Assembly (NCBI GenBank): GCA_030704615.1
Contig: CM060732.1
Span: forward strand, 21,142,001 to 21,206,000
Origin: Takakia lepidozioides
Lineage: Eukaryota; Plantae; Bryophyta
Reading direction: 5' to 3'
DNA length: 64,000 nucleotides
Below, one piece after another: positions 52,340 to 64,000 of this stretch. Position numbers and translations under genes: made by a program. Below the pieces are notes generated by a model that ran no database searches, was not told the origin of the DNA, and saw only the letters and a list, made by a program, of their open reading frames with translations. Numbering within the stretch: position 1 is the stretch's first letter; every line of letters begins with the position of its first letter.

Positions 52340-52735
52340 GTTGATACCTTAACAGAGGTATAGTCTGAGGTTGCTAGGGTCCCTTATGTTGATGATACCT
52401 TTACAGAGGTATAGTCTGAAAATAAGGGTTCTGTTTGGTATACTAACAGAGGTATAGTCTGAGCTGATTAGGGTCCACATATGGTGATACCTCAACAGAG
52501 GTATAGTAAAAGGGACAAGCTCCTGTTTGGTATACTAACAGAGGTATAGTCTGAGCTGATTAGGATTCACATATGGTGATACCTCAATAGAGGTATAGTA
52601 AAATGGACAAGCTCATGTTTGGTATACTAACAGAGGTATAGTCTCACATTAGGGTTCACATATGGTGATACCTCAACAGAGGTATAGTCAAAGGGACAAG
52701 CTCCTGTTTGGTATACTAACAGAGGTATAGTCTGA
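52340..52735. repeat. Tandem array of 9 A(C/T)AGAGGTATAGT cores with an alternating ~93-bp dimer period
   Basis: Every second unit contains the hairpin ATACCTC-AACA-GAGGTAT; the spacers are related to each other. Confidence 0.85.
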
Positions 52736-53269
52736 GCATACACTACTAGGGTTTGTAATGAAGAGCTAGAATGCAAGTCCTTGACTTCTATGCTTCTACT
52801 CAAGCAAAAATATGGTCTCTAGGTGGTCATAAGAGGCATCTTCTTGCTCTCTTCCACCCCAATGTGCAACCAAGAGTGGTCCAACTCAACTTGCAAGTCA
52901 TTGTCCACCAAATCAATCCCCCTTCTAGTCCTTGGGATTTGATTGCAAACTACCATATCTCCATTGCCGAGCAATCATGCATTTGTCTCCTCATCACTTG
53001 ACAATTGCTCCAAATCAATTCAAATTATCTCAATGTGTAGGAGCAATCTTGTCACTTACAATAATGCTCCCAAGCAATCCGCCTTGGATCCCACTCTGAC
53101 GCCATATGCCTCATTTGGGGTCTTGCACCAATCCATCATCCATGTGCTCCCCGTGGTCATTTGAATGCATGTTTCATGACCTCTTGGCCTATGTGTTGCT
53201 CTCCTTCATCATAACATGAATCAATACCTCTCCACTTCACACACAAATGGATCTCAAAGGCCTTCACCA

Positions 53270-56200
53270 GCCACTACCGCACCAGCACTAGTGCCCGTGC
53301 CTGCCTTCAACCCTGTTGTGGAGTTCTTCCAAGAGTTGAGAGGGAACTACCAAGGGGTGAGGATAGAGAAGTTGCGGAGCTTGCAAGAGTTCCAACGGAA
53401 GCCGACCGAGAGCTTGAGGGAGGCTTTCACTCGCATGAGGCGCTTGATAAATATAACCCAAGGGGTTACGGAAGCTCAAGCAGTCCAATTCTGGTATGGG
53501 ATATTGGACAAGGAGCTGAGGAGAAGGGTGCGGGATGCAACTCTCCTACAAGCGGCCCAACCCACCTTAGCAAATGTGTTTTTGCTGACAGAGCGGATAG
53601 AGCGGGTGGACGTCGTAGCTACTGTACCACCAGTCCCACTAGTCCCACTGCTACTTGCTGAAGCTGTCGGTGCAGCTGCAGGTGTAGCCACGGCCCTCGT
53701 GGCTCTAGTGCCCCTAGTGATGGAGACATAGTCGGGTGACCAGTACATCCTCCACTCCTCGATCTCAACCTCATGCCCCCGCCTGAACTCATGGTAATCA
53801 TCCATAGGTGGCCCCTCAAGGTGCTGAAACGGCCCCTTCCATGCCATGAAATGCATAAATAGTTGTGGATTGCGCATTTGCTGCAAATCACACCAACTAT
53901 CAAACTCTTGGATAAAATCATCTAACTCGATGGTGCCCACCGCCCCAGAGTACCTTCGTGGCCCCTTGGTAGCTCCATACATCTCCTCCATTGTGTCCCA
54001 CAACAATGGCAAAGAAACAACTTGCACCGCCGGTATGAGTCCTCCTGATTCACAATCCGAATCAGAACCTTCCGTAGAAGACACAGGAGGTGAAGGTGGC
54101 CTAAACCGCACACCTCGTCTCGTGTACCCACTAGTATCGCTAGTACTCGAACCGGCACTGTCCCCAGCAACTAGTGGCACCTCCGTGTTGACACTCAACC
54201 GGTCATGAACATGTCCCTAACCCCCTCTCCACAAGGTAACCGGGTAGAGAACCTGTTGCGGCTTATGGTTTGGAATACTAAGTTCCTAACATAGCCTACA
54301 CATGTACCTGCATCCACCGTAAGCACTCCTATGGTTGGCTGGTCATCACCTCCAACCTCACCACAAGAGAAACAATGATGGTCTGGCTGGTGATCACCCC
54401 AGCCTCACCATCGACAGCATGCTCTAGGACTGGCCGGTGATCAAATCCGGACCAATCACCTATAAAAACAAGCGCCCACACAAAACTAGCATGGCGCACA
54501 GTCAAGCATGCAGGTATGGAGGGGATCCAAACACAAGAAATCAGAACGACAACTCCCCCACACCAAAAACAACTCCACGGTGTTGCTCCTGTAAGGACAC
54601 CTCAGCCCAAACCCGGACTGACTCTTGCCTCCACCTACGGAAAGGTCTCGGCCTAATGAGAGGGTGGAAACTACGAGGAAGAGAAGCTAAGGCAATGCCT
54701 AACCCCAGCATGCCCTCATCCCAACACTCTTCCTCTCCTCTCTTCCCTCACTTGCATGACCATGGGAATATCATGAAGATACTCCTCAAACCGCCCTCCA
54801 CGAGCTTCAAAATTCGGCCTTCAAGACCACATGCCAGTCCTTAGGTAGTCCACCAGTGCTTCCACGAGTTAGCACAGGCCGTCCTTAGGTCAACACGGGC
54901 AACCACAGACCAGCACAGGCCCACATAGCTCACTGGTCACAGCCGTCACAGCCCCACACAGGCCACAGCCTATCACAGCCCTACACAGGTCACAGGGCCA
55001 CAGCCCCAAAGGCCACAGCCTATCACAGCCCCTCACAGCCCCATAGGCCACAGGGCACAGTCTGTCACAGCCCGCCACAGCCTGTCCCAGCCCCTCACAG
55101 CCCGTCACAGCCCCACAGGCCACAGGGCACAGCCTGTCACAGCCCCTCACAGCCCGTCACAGCCCCACAGGCAACTGGGCACAGCCTGTCACAGCCCGTC
55201 ACAGCCCCACAGGCCACAGGGCACAGCCTGTCACAGCCCCTCACATCCCCACAGGCGACTGGGCGCAGCCTGTCACAGCCCGCCACAGCCCCTCACAGCC
55301 CCTCACAGCTCGCCACAGCATATCACAGCCCGTCACAGCCCCACAGGCCACAGGGCACAGCCTGTCACAGCCCCTTATAGCCCATCACAGCCCCACAGGC
55401 CACAGGGCACAGCCTATCACAGCCCCTTATAGCCCGTCACAGCCCCACAGGCCACGGGGCACAGCCTGTCACAGCCCCTCACAGCCCCTCACAGCCCATC
55501 ACAGCCCCACAGGCCACTGGGCATAGCCTGTCACAGCCCTTCACAGCCCCACAGGCCACAGGGCATAGCCTATCACAGCCCGCCACAGCCTGTCCCAGCC
55601 CCTCACAGCCCGTCACAGCCCCACAGGCCACATGCCACAGCCTGTCACAGCCCGTCACAGCCCCACAGGCCACAGGGCAGAGCCTGCCACAGCCCGTCAC
55701 AGCCCATCACAGCCCCATAGGCAACTGGGCACAGCCTGTCACAGCCCCTCACAGCCCCTCACAACTCGCCACAGCCTGTCACAGCCCGTCACAGCCCCAC
55801 AGGCCACATGGCACAGCCTGTCACAGCCCCTTATAGCCTGTCACAGCCCCATAGGCCACGGGGCACAGCCTGTCACAGCTCGCCACAGCCAAGCCTTCTT
55901 TCTCACTTAGACTCCCCAAACACGCCACTAAACTCAATGGCAAACAACCAAGCCTTGCTGGTTTCCAGCCCTTATGAGCACTCATTCAAGCGTTTCCCTT
56001 GGCCATAGCATCTGTCTTAGAGCCTATTCCAGCCCCCTACACCTGCCACTTCAAGAGCCATGCTCTATCTAGGCTTGAGGTTGAAACCCCAACTCAGAAC
56101 ACGCTCTACAAGTGTCGGACTGCCACATAAGAGCATATCAGCCCCTTACCTTCTCTTCTAGTTCTCTAAAACTTGAAAACAAAAGCCCAATGGACTGAAG

Positions 56201-57443
56201 GCATGCTCCACACATGCCCCACTCTCACCACCAAAGAATCAGCCCCTTTGCTTTCTTTCTTGCACCCACCAACCTGAAAATACATGCTTCAGTGGGCTGG
56301 AAGCATGCTCCACACATGCCCTACAGGGAAACCAGCCCCTTCCTTCCTTTCTTGCTTGCCCTCCAAGCTTGAAGATGGAAGCTTCAATGAGCTGAATACA
56401 TGCTCCACACATGCAACCTCTTCACACAAGAGGTATCAGCCCCCTATTGGCTCCTTGGCTCCTTGATGCTCTCTAAGACAAGACTAAGCACTCCACAGCC
56501 TTTGCCAAGCTCCTGAAACCCTAAGGCTTACATTTCCAGCCACAAGACACTCCTCTTGTGGTGCAAGAGCTCTTCTTCCAAGCTCTGAAACCCTAGGTGC
56601 ACATTCCATGGCCTTGCCGCACCTCTTAGCTCTTGTTCTGCCATGACAAGAGCCCTCTCAATGCTGAAGCTCGAGATTGAAACCCAATCTCAACATACTC
56701 CACAAAGTGCACTGATTTGCCCCAAGCCTAATCAGCCCTTTCGCTTGGTCTTGCAATCCTTCACACAATGAAAGCTCGCATTCCCAAGTCCAGTTCTCAA
56801 CTTTGCCACCAAAGCCACTATAACCTGCTCTTGACTGGTCCTCTTCCCAATCGTGCTTGCTCATGCATGTACACAATTTGAAACCATCAAGGTGCTCTGG
56901 AATTACCTGCAACATGGGGCTTTCATCTTTGAAGCTGAAGATTGAATGCCAAGGTCTACCACCTCGTAACCCACATCGCCTCCGCTTCTAACAACCAAGA
57001 GCTCCACGGTGCTCCTTGCATAACAACCTGGTTTCTCTCATTCTCAAGCAAAAACCACAAGTGCTACAACTAACTCGTATTTGACACTCACAAATACGAG
57101 CTCATCTTTATCGAGTGATAAAGACGAAGAATACAAGCACAAGCTCATGCGAGCTCACAAAGCTGAAGCATAAACTCATGCATATATAAACCTCATCACT
57201 CAAATACAAGTCAAGCCAAGTGTACCCCACGCCATGGGGAATCCACACTACGGCGCCATAGCTAGGCGCGGTGAGGCTCAACTCAAGAAAGATGAGCCTC
57301 CCGCGCTTGCCGTGAAGATAACCACTCCAGGGCCTAAATTTGCCTTGACCCCTGGATTGACACTTGGGCCAATCCCAAATGTCAATATGTAAAAACTAGC
57401 TATTTCCTAGCTAGTTTCACACTAGTGGTAAAATAACTTGACA
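53270..57443 (-). mobile_element. Ty3/Gypsy copy 2, 5' part (putative LTR start, leader, gag N-half 53606-54198) plus a locally inverted gag mid-piece (53270-53605, +)
   Basis: Gag closely similar to 50519-51532; on the minus strand TGTCAAG begins at 57443 where PPR E-domain similarity stops. Confidence 0.7.
54930..55890. repeat. CACAGCC-based minisatellite in the retrotransposon leader
   Basis: ~950 bp of (T/C)CACAGCC(C/T) and CACAGGC variants. Confidence 0.95.
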
Positions 57444-58576
57444 TATTCAATAGCAGCGCACAAGTTGCAGCCTACAGTGGATCCATTAGAGAAGACATTT
57501 TGATGCACGTTCTGCTAGTTCCACATTGCCATGAATCCTGCAGGCACCAACCAAGGCTCTCCATACCGAAGCATCTGGTTCCATTGGCATTTTGTTAATG
57601 AAATCCTCTACTTCATCCAATCGCCCTGCACGCCCAAGAAGGTCCACCACACAGCTAAAATGCTCCACCATAGGAGTGAGGCCATGATCGTGGCTCATGC
57701 AATCGAAGTAATGTCGACTTTCATCCAATAGACCCACATGGCTACATGCCGAGATGAGACATATAAAGGTGATTTCATCCGGCTTCAAGCCTTCATGTAG
57801 CATACGTTCAAATAGCTGGAGGGCCTCCCTTCCACACCTATGCTGAGTATATCCTGCAATCATCGCATTCCATGAGACCAAATTTCGTTCAGCCATATTG
57901 TCAAACACTTGATGTGCATCCTTTATGCTCCCACAGTTGCAATACATGTCAACAAGGGTATTCTGCAAAACAATATCAGGGGCAATTCTACTCTTACTGA
58001 TGTTGGCATGTACTTCTTTGCCCTTTTCCAAGACTGCCAAGCTGGCACACGCATTTAGAACCTCAATGAACGTGACTTTGTCGGGCATCACCCCTTCCTG
58101 TAGCATTTGTTTATAGATCTTGAAAGCTTCCATGCCACGCCCATGCTCAGCATATCCTGCAATCATGGCATTCCACGAGACGACATTTCATTTAGCCCTA
58201 TTGTTGAACACTTAACGGGCATCTTGTACACTCCCGCATTGGGCATACATATCCACAAGGGTTGTCCCAAGAATGATATCTGGCACAATTCCTGCTTTCC
58301 TGATTTCCTCATGAACCTCGATGCCATTTTTCAGGGCCCCTAGGCTGGCAAACACATTGAGAATGCAAATGAATATGACCTTGTTGGGTATCACCGCTTC
58401 CTGTATCATTTGCTTATAGATCAGAAAAGCTTCCCTACTATACCCATGCTGGGCATATCCCACGATCATGGCATTCCACGAGACCACATCTCGTCGGACC
58501 ATTTTGTCGAATACTTGACGGGCATCCTTTACACTTCCACATTTAGCATACATGTCAACAAGGGTGTTCTCCAAAT
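57444..58576 (-). pseudogene. PLS-E PPR gene, 3' part (continuation of 17290-17906)
   Basis: Begins LENTLVDMYAKCG straight after a CACTA terminus and TSD; ORF 57486-58166 reaches the E domain (VWRALVGACRIHGNVELAE); premature stops near 58200. Confidence 0.85.
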
Positions 58577-59465
58577 CACTACAACAGATCGCGATATTTA
58601 TGACTGTATATATGACTATTCTGCAGTCATAAACGTAACATATGACTTCTATGACTGTAAGTCGTGCAAACCAAGTCAATACAATGAGTACAGGATGGTA
58701 CGGTCCGATGACTACAGTCATATGAACCAAGTGATATCTCTCACTGCAGTCATATATACCATACTGTAGCCGCCGCTGCTGCGCCACGTGACGAGGCGCA
58801 ATTGATTTAAAAAATTAAATTAAATTAAAAAATTGAAAAAAAAACAACATATGTCAAACGCCGCGTCGCACCGCATTGTGCCACGTGGCATAATGCATTT
58901 TATAATAATGAAAAAACCACGTGGCACTCCATCTACATTCTAGGGTTTGAGAATCCTTTGTATGCATTATGGAGTCGATGGTGTGCGCCATGGCTTGTGG
59001 AGAGTGACAAAAGGCTTGTTAGTGCTCATTTCACTATCAAGCTAGGGTTAAGCAAGTTCAAAGTGTGGATGTTGTGGAAGAGAAGCTAAGGAGCTATATA
59101 TGCTTGGGCTTGAAGACAACAAGGGCAAGCACTTGGAGAGCACTAAGAAGCTCAAGAGGTTTTGAAAGGGAGCATGTGAAGAAATCTTCCAATCATGGTG
59201 GTGTGGAGCCAAGCTTGGGGTGCCATTGGAAGGGCTTGGAGAACATGTGGTGGGAAATCCTTGAAGGGAAATCATCATTCAATGTATGCATAGCTTCACC
59301 CTAACTATGTAATGTGACAAGAGGGGGAGGCAATACTTGGCTATTCATGCTCTGGTAGTGCGAGCTTTGTGGTGGATAGTTGACCAAGCAAGTGGTGCAT
59401 GTGTGGAGCATGCTTGCTTGAGTTGTAAGTTCAAGTTTTGAAAAATGAGCTCTTGAACTAGCAAG
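58577..59465 (-). mobile_element. CACTA-A right terminus (inverted relative to expectation)
   Basis: CACTACAACAGATCGCG identical to the 17907 terminus; flank AAT (58574-58576) is the reverse complement of the ATT TSD; ATGACT repeats. Confidence 0.8.
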
Positions 59466-61449
59466 AGGTGGAGGAACGAGTGGTCATGGTGGGATTTGCT
59501 AAGGAGACACCACGGGGTAGTGGTGCTCCTAGCCAACCACTACCTCAACGTGCCAAGGCAACCAAAGGGGCTCAGATGAAGCTCAGGGAAGGGCAGAGAG
59601 GACCACATATGCAGGGTCTCTCCCTTCATTTGCTGCCTAACAACGGGCGGGATGTGTGTGCTGGACATGTGGAGGACCCCATGTCAAGAAGGATTGCCCA
59701 GAGGGAGGCAAAGGGCCGGCACATGCACAGCCTGCACAGTTGCAGTGTGGGCTTTGTGGCAAGCCACGGGCATGGAGAGGCCCAGTGTTATGGTTTGCAT
59801 CCTGAGTTGCGCCCAGGCCAGTTCCAAGGGAACAATGGTGGCCGGGGCGAGGTGGAGCAGCCCAGAGAGGACGAGTGGCCAGCCACGAGTGCAGGCCAAT
59901 GGCAAGCTCAACATGGCCAAGGACGCGGAGGTCAGGGTGTGATCAAGGCATGGCCAACCGGCTTTCAGCAGCTAGAGCAGAGGCTCGTTGCCATGGCTAC
60001 AGCTCAGGTGGTACCGGCTCTCAAGGCCGGATGGTCCACCTCCTGCTCCTGAGGGAGGAGATATGGGAGGCATGGGATTCATGTGTGGAGCAGCACTACC
60101 ACTAGTGCAGGTGGAGTCTGCTGCAGCCGTGACTCGAGGAGCAGCACGAGTTCCTGAGCCACGAGGTGCAGAGGTGGAGTTGGATCCACAGCGTGGGGAG
60201 GCAAGTCGTCAGGCTAGGCTTCCTCAGTCATTCACATTGGCGGAGACAGTGTCGACGCCATCCATGGCACCTAGTTCTCGCCCGACTGTTACGAGGCGGA
60301 GGTTACTATGCCATTGGGGAGAGCTACACGGGTAGCACCACTACCTAGTGTTGCCAAGGCTACGGCAGCTAGTGTGCTGCTAGGAGCGGCCACATCTGTG
60401 TGCCAGGCTCCATTGTTCTCGGCTACCATGATTGCGACGCCGGGGTAAGACCAGCTGAGGTGTTCAGGCTGGCAGCTACACTCTGTGAGAGTGGGGAGGT
60501 TACTTCATCTTCTGCGGAGATAGTGGGAGGTGTAGTGCCGGAGGGATCCTCGGATTTGAGGGTCAAGACTGCCACGGCGGCGCCATGGCAAGCTGCAGCT
60601 GCCAGGTTGATGGAGCTGCCAGCTAGGCCAGCCATTGAGCGCGCCATGGTGACACCTGGAGTTGTCATGTTAGACAACCAGGATGACATTTTCTGTTTGA
60701 GTGGACCGCAGGCAAGAGGTACCGGCCACTGCGGGTCTTTTGGACTCGGGAGCTCAGCCATTGATGCTGGGCAGAGCTGCTATTGCAGGCTTGGGCCTCA
60801 CGGAGGCGGATATGGAGCCTTGTCCTTTCCAGATACAGACGTCTCTGGGAGGATCGGAGCAGGCTCGGGGCATGACACGGCGTGAGTTGGCTATCAGACT
60901 ACGGCCGGATCACCCTACAGATGGCTCAGTGATGCGAGCCAAGGCCATTGTGACAGACGCGGTCTCATACGATGTCCTGGGTTGGGGCAGTGTTGTACCC
61001 CATGGGCTTCACCCTGGATTTTTGGGAGGAGTCAGCTTCCTATAGGCCTGCATGGCAGTCAGGGGAGGGCCGGCGTGTGCAGCTCCCTGTGACGTTCATA
61101 GGAGGAGTTGCGGTTGCCCAGCGAGGCAAGATGCCGACACTAGCAGCATTCACAGCGGCAGTGAGTTGGCCTAGAGAGTTGCTTGAGGGCAACGCTCATT
61201 CAGAGGATGTGCCACCTCCGGGAGAGCAGGATGACATGTATGGATGGCGGAGTTGCCTACCATGGTTGCTCAGACTCCATTGTGGGGCACGAGCAAGGAT
61301 TTGCAGCGGGATGCTGATCGACGGGTGCAACAAGCCTGGGTGGAGGCTTTTGTACCGTCAGGAGAGGAGGAGAGTGCGGGGATTGCACCAGGACCACCTC
61401 AGTTGTCTCCATTGGACACCACACCTATTGTGTGGCAGTATCCGGATGA

Positions 61450-62400
61450 AGGCATTTGTCTTCTGGACTTGTTTGGCGGGATCAGCACCGGATTGGCTGC
61501 TGTGTTACAGGCAGGTGTACGAGTTCGGCGTTACCTGTATGTGGAGAGGGATGAGACTGCACGACGCGTTTCACTTCGCCATGTTGCTCAGTGGTGCAGC
61601 GGTACCCTGAGTTGTTGTCGGTGTCTGCAATTCGTGGATATCAGCAGGCCTTGCCAGCAGACATTTCGTTGCTGGGGGCGCAGGATTTGGAGCGGGTTGG
61701 CTCCATTGATCTGGTAGTGGCAGGTTGGCCCTGCCAAGGGCATTCATCAGCCGGGCATGGCAATGGATTGCGAGACTCGAGGTCGGGTCTGTTTTGGGAG
61801 ATGGTGCGGGTTTTGCGCCACTTGCAGCTTCATCAAGCTGTATCTCCAGCATACATCTTGGAGAATGTGCCACTGATGGGCGATTCTCGGGCCAGGGTGA
61901 TGGCCAGTGTGCATCAAGTCCGGTCGTGGCTTGGGTCAGCAGTGTTGCTAGATGCAGCTACAGTGGGGTCACGGGCTCATCGTCCACGGCTATGGTGGAC
62001 TAACTTGATGCCACCCGCACTGCTCAAGCGTGCATTTGATGGGTGTGCAGCGGCCAGCACATCTCACAGTGGATAGCATTCTGGACACAGGGAGGCAGTC
62101 TCAGCGTGTGAGACACGATGACCGTTCGCTTTTGGCAGTGGTCAACAAGGTGGGTCAACCACGAGCAGCATTACCTACACTGCTCAGCTTCCCAGGATCG
62201 CATGCTTTCCGGGATAGTGGACCTGGCCTCCTGTGGGATGCTCAGTTGCAGCAGTTAGTGGAGCCTAATGCTGACGAGCGTGAGCGGGCAATGGGTTTTA
62301 CCACTGGTACCACGACGGTGTCGTCTCTTTCTGAGGCATCATGTCGTCAAGTGTTGGGGCAAGCAATGGATCTCAATTGCTTGACCTGGATTATCAGCTT
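61450..62400 (+). pseudogene. DNMT3-like cytosine-5 DNA methyltransferase domain in retrotransposon copy 2
   Basis: LLDLFGGISTG, VAGWPCQG (61729), ILENV (61861), SRAHRPRLWWTNL, ERERAMGF, VLGQAMD; frameshifts at ~61590 and ~62045. Confidence 0.9.
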
Positions 62401-63138
62401 GGCTATGGCTGAGCAACGCAAAGTGCGGAGTACACTTCCCTCGATGGTCTCTCTGCCTACTGAGATGGTACAGATAGTGAGTGGGGGCGAGCATGTGAGG
62501 ACCATGGGGTGCAAGCATCCATGGCACACGTGGGAGGTGCTCGAGGTTCAGAGGGAGTTGGCAGCCAAGGTGGCGATGAAAGATGAGGTTGGGGATTTTT
62601 CTCGGGTGGAGGAGGTCTTCAAGGATGAGATGATGGGGCAGGATGAGGCCTTGTCATTGACTGAGCAAGCAGGGAGTACTGCTCAAGAGGTTGCGGCATA
62701 GCAACCATGGGACGCGTCCTCTACCTCTAAGTCTGCTGGACTTAAGGTTGCAGTTATGAAGGGCAATTGGGAGCCTGACATTGGACCTATTGTCACTAGA
62801 GAAGAGGGACGACGTATACGGCGGTTCCTGAGGCTTACAGGAATTGCTTTGCCTCTCGTGCTACGGTGGAGGAGCATGAGAGACATGTTCAGGTTGTGCA
62901 TCGACCGGGTTTGGTCAATAGGGATGTGGATGGATTGAGTCGCAATCCATGCACGAGCCAGCAGGATGACACTGGAGCTCGGTTGCATGGTGAAACGGAC
63001 GAGGAGATGGTGTCGGGATGGCATGCATCTGCCTTTTTGTGTATCTTGGCATCGGAAGGTCGGGTTGGACCTACAACAGGGATGACTGTAGACGGAGTGT
63101 CTGAGGACCCTGAGGCTAGTGATGAGCCAGGTGGTGCC

Positions 63139-64000
63139 AGAGATATACATGAGGATTCGGTTGTGTTGGACTACCTCCGCACTAGAGACACAGCAGCTAG
63201 TGTGACTGCCAAGGAGAGGGATCGGATCCTACAACGAGCCAAGAGGTTCAAGTGGGAGGGGATACACCTACTTCGAGTGTGGGAGGATGGTTGGGTGAGG
63301 ATTGTGCCTCACCCCACACAGCGTGCACGGTTAGTGCGGCATGCCCATAAGGAGTTGGGGCATTTTGGAGTGCGACGCACTCACAGTTTACTGCAAGGGC
63401 AATATTGGTGGCGTGGTATGCATACAGAGGTGCAACAGTTCGTGGCTAGGTGCATGGTGTGTGACAGGGTGCGTGCTTCATTCAACACCCCTACACCACA
63501 GTTGCATCATTTACCAATCATGGGATTGGGCTACAGGTGGAGTCTTGACTTTGCAGGACCGTTGCCACTGACTATGCGCCACCACAGATATGTGTTGGTG
63601 ATGGTGGAGCACTTCTCCAAGTGGATTGAGTTGGTTCCATTGCTTGACAAGGCTAGTGAGGGGGCTGTGTATGCATTCTTGGATCGTGTGCTTAGCCGAT
63701 TTGGTGCTCCAGCTGAGGTACTCACGGACCAAGGGAGAGAGTTCTTGGGGGAGTTTCAGGCTTTGTGTGATAAAGCCTTGATAGACCACCGCACCACTTC
63801 TCGGGATCATCCTGAGGCCGATGGCTTAGCAGAGAGAGTTGTTCAGATGGTGAAGAGGGGTTTGCGCAAGTATGGCTTGCAGAAGGGACACCTAGGAGAT
63901 TGGGATCTTCAAGTTCCTTGGTTAGCCATGGGCTACAGGTTCAGCAAACAAGCATCACTTGCCTCCTTCTCACCATATTTCCTTCTCTTTGGCCGAGAGC
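63139..64000 (+). CDS. Retrotransposon integrase (HHCC and DDE), open to the window end
   Basis: Manual translation: HAHKELGHFG...YWWRGM...CMVCDR, WSLDFAGP, VLTDQGREF, HPEADGLAER, SPYFLLFGRE; no stop seen. Confidence 0.92.

Larger units (their letters stand above)
59468..64000 (+). mobile_element. Ty3/Gypsy copy 2, 3' part: gag end, Zn knuckles, protease, C5 DNA methyltransferase, RT/RNase H mostly deleted, integrase (runs off window)
   Basis: Colinear with copy 1 but with many frameshifts; RNase H tail VVHRPGLVNRDVDGLSRNP at ~62890-62950. Confidence 0.9.

Noticed and set aside
52340-52735. CRISPR-like array (conserved core with variable spacers)
   Set aside because: Spacers are homologous to each other in an alternating pattern, the core is only ~13 bp, there are no cas genes and the context is eukaryotic
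57240-57258. Primer-binding site TGGCGCCGT on the minus strand
   Set aside because: Only ~9 nt match a tRNA 3' end and it is not preceded by an LTR-terminal CA

Overview
Eukaryotic nuclear DNA, most likely from a land plant. PLS/DYW PPR genes and the MULE/CACTA types suggest a non-seed plant, but the species cannot be read from the sequence. The first ~12 kb is genic: a RING-CH E3 ligase, tRNA-Arg(CCT), a SINE, an apparently intronless pyruvate decarboxylase and a frameshifted PLS-E-DYW PPR gene. The rest is a nested transposon cluster that can largely be disassembled from TIRs and target-site duplications (TSDs). A PPR gene is split by CACTA-A (TSD ATT). CACTA-A holds a Ty3/Gypsy element whose gag is split by CACTA-B (21745-50510, TSD TGA). 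The CACTA-B transposase is split by CACTA-C (26559-39440, TSD ATC), which holds a MULE (30350-38291, 9-bp TSD). The main observation is a Ty3/Gypsy family, present in two copies, whose polyprotein carries a DNMT3-like C5 cytosine methyltransferase between protease and reverse transcriptase. In both copies this module is followed by an in-frame TAG-CAA-CCA, matching the UAG-CAR-YYA readthrough consensus, before RT. Other points of interest: a NIF/FCP1-like phosphatase domain in a CACTA accessory gene, a satellite with 509-bp higher-order repeats derived from a PPR motif, OSB-type PDF motifs next to PPR fragments, and a ~6 kb inversion. All domain calls are by eye from motifs; no searches were run.
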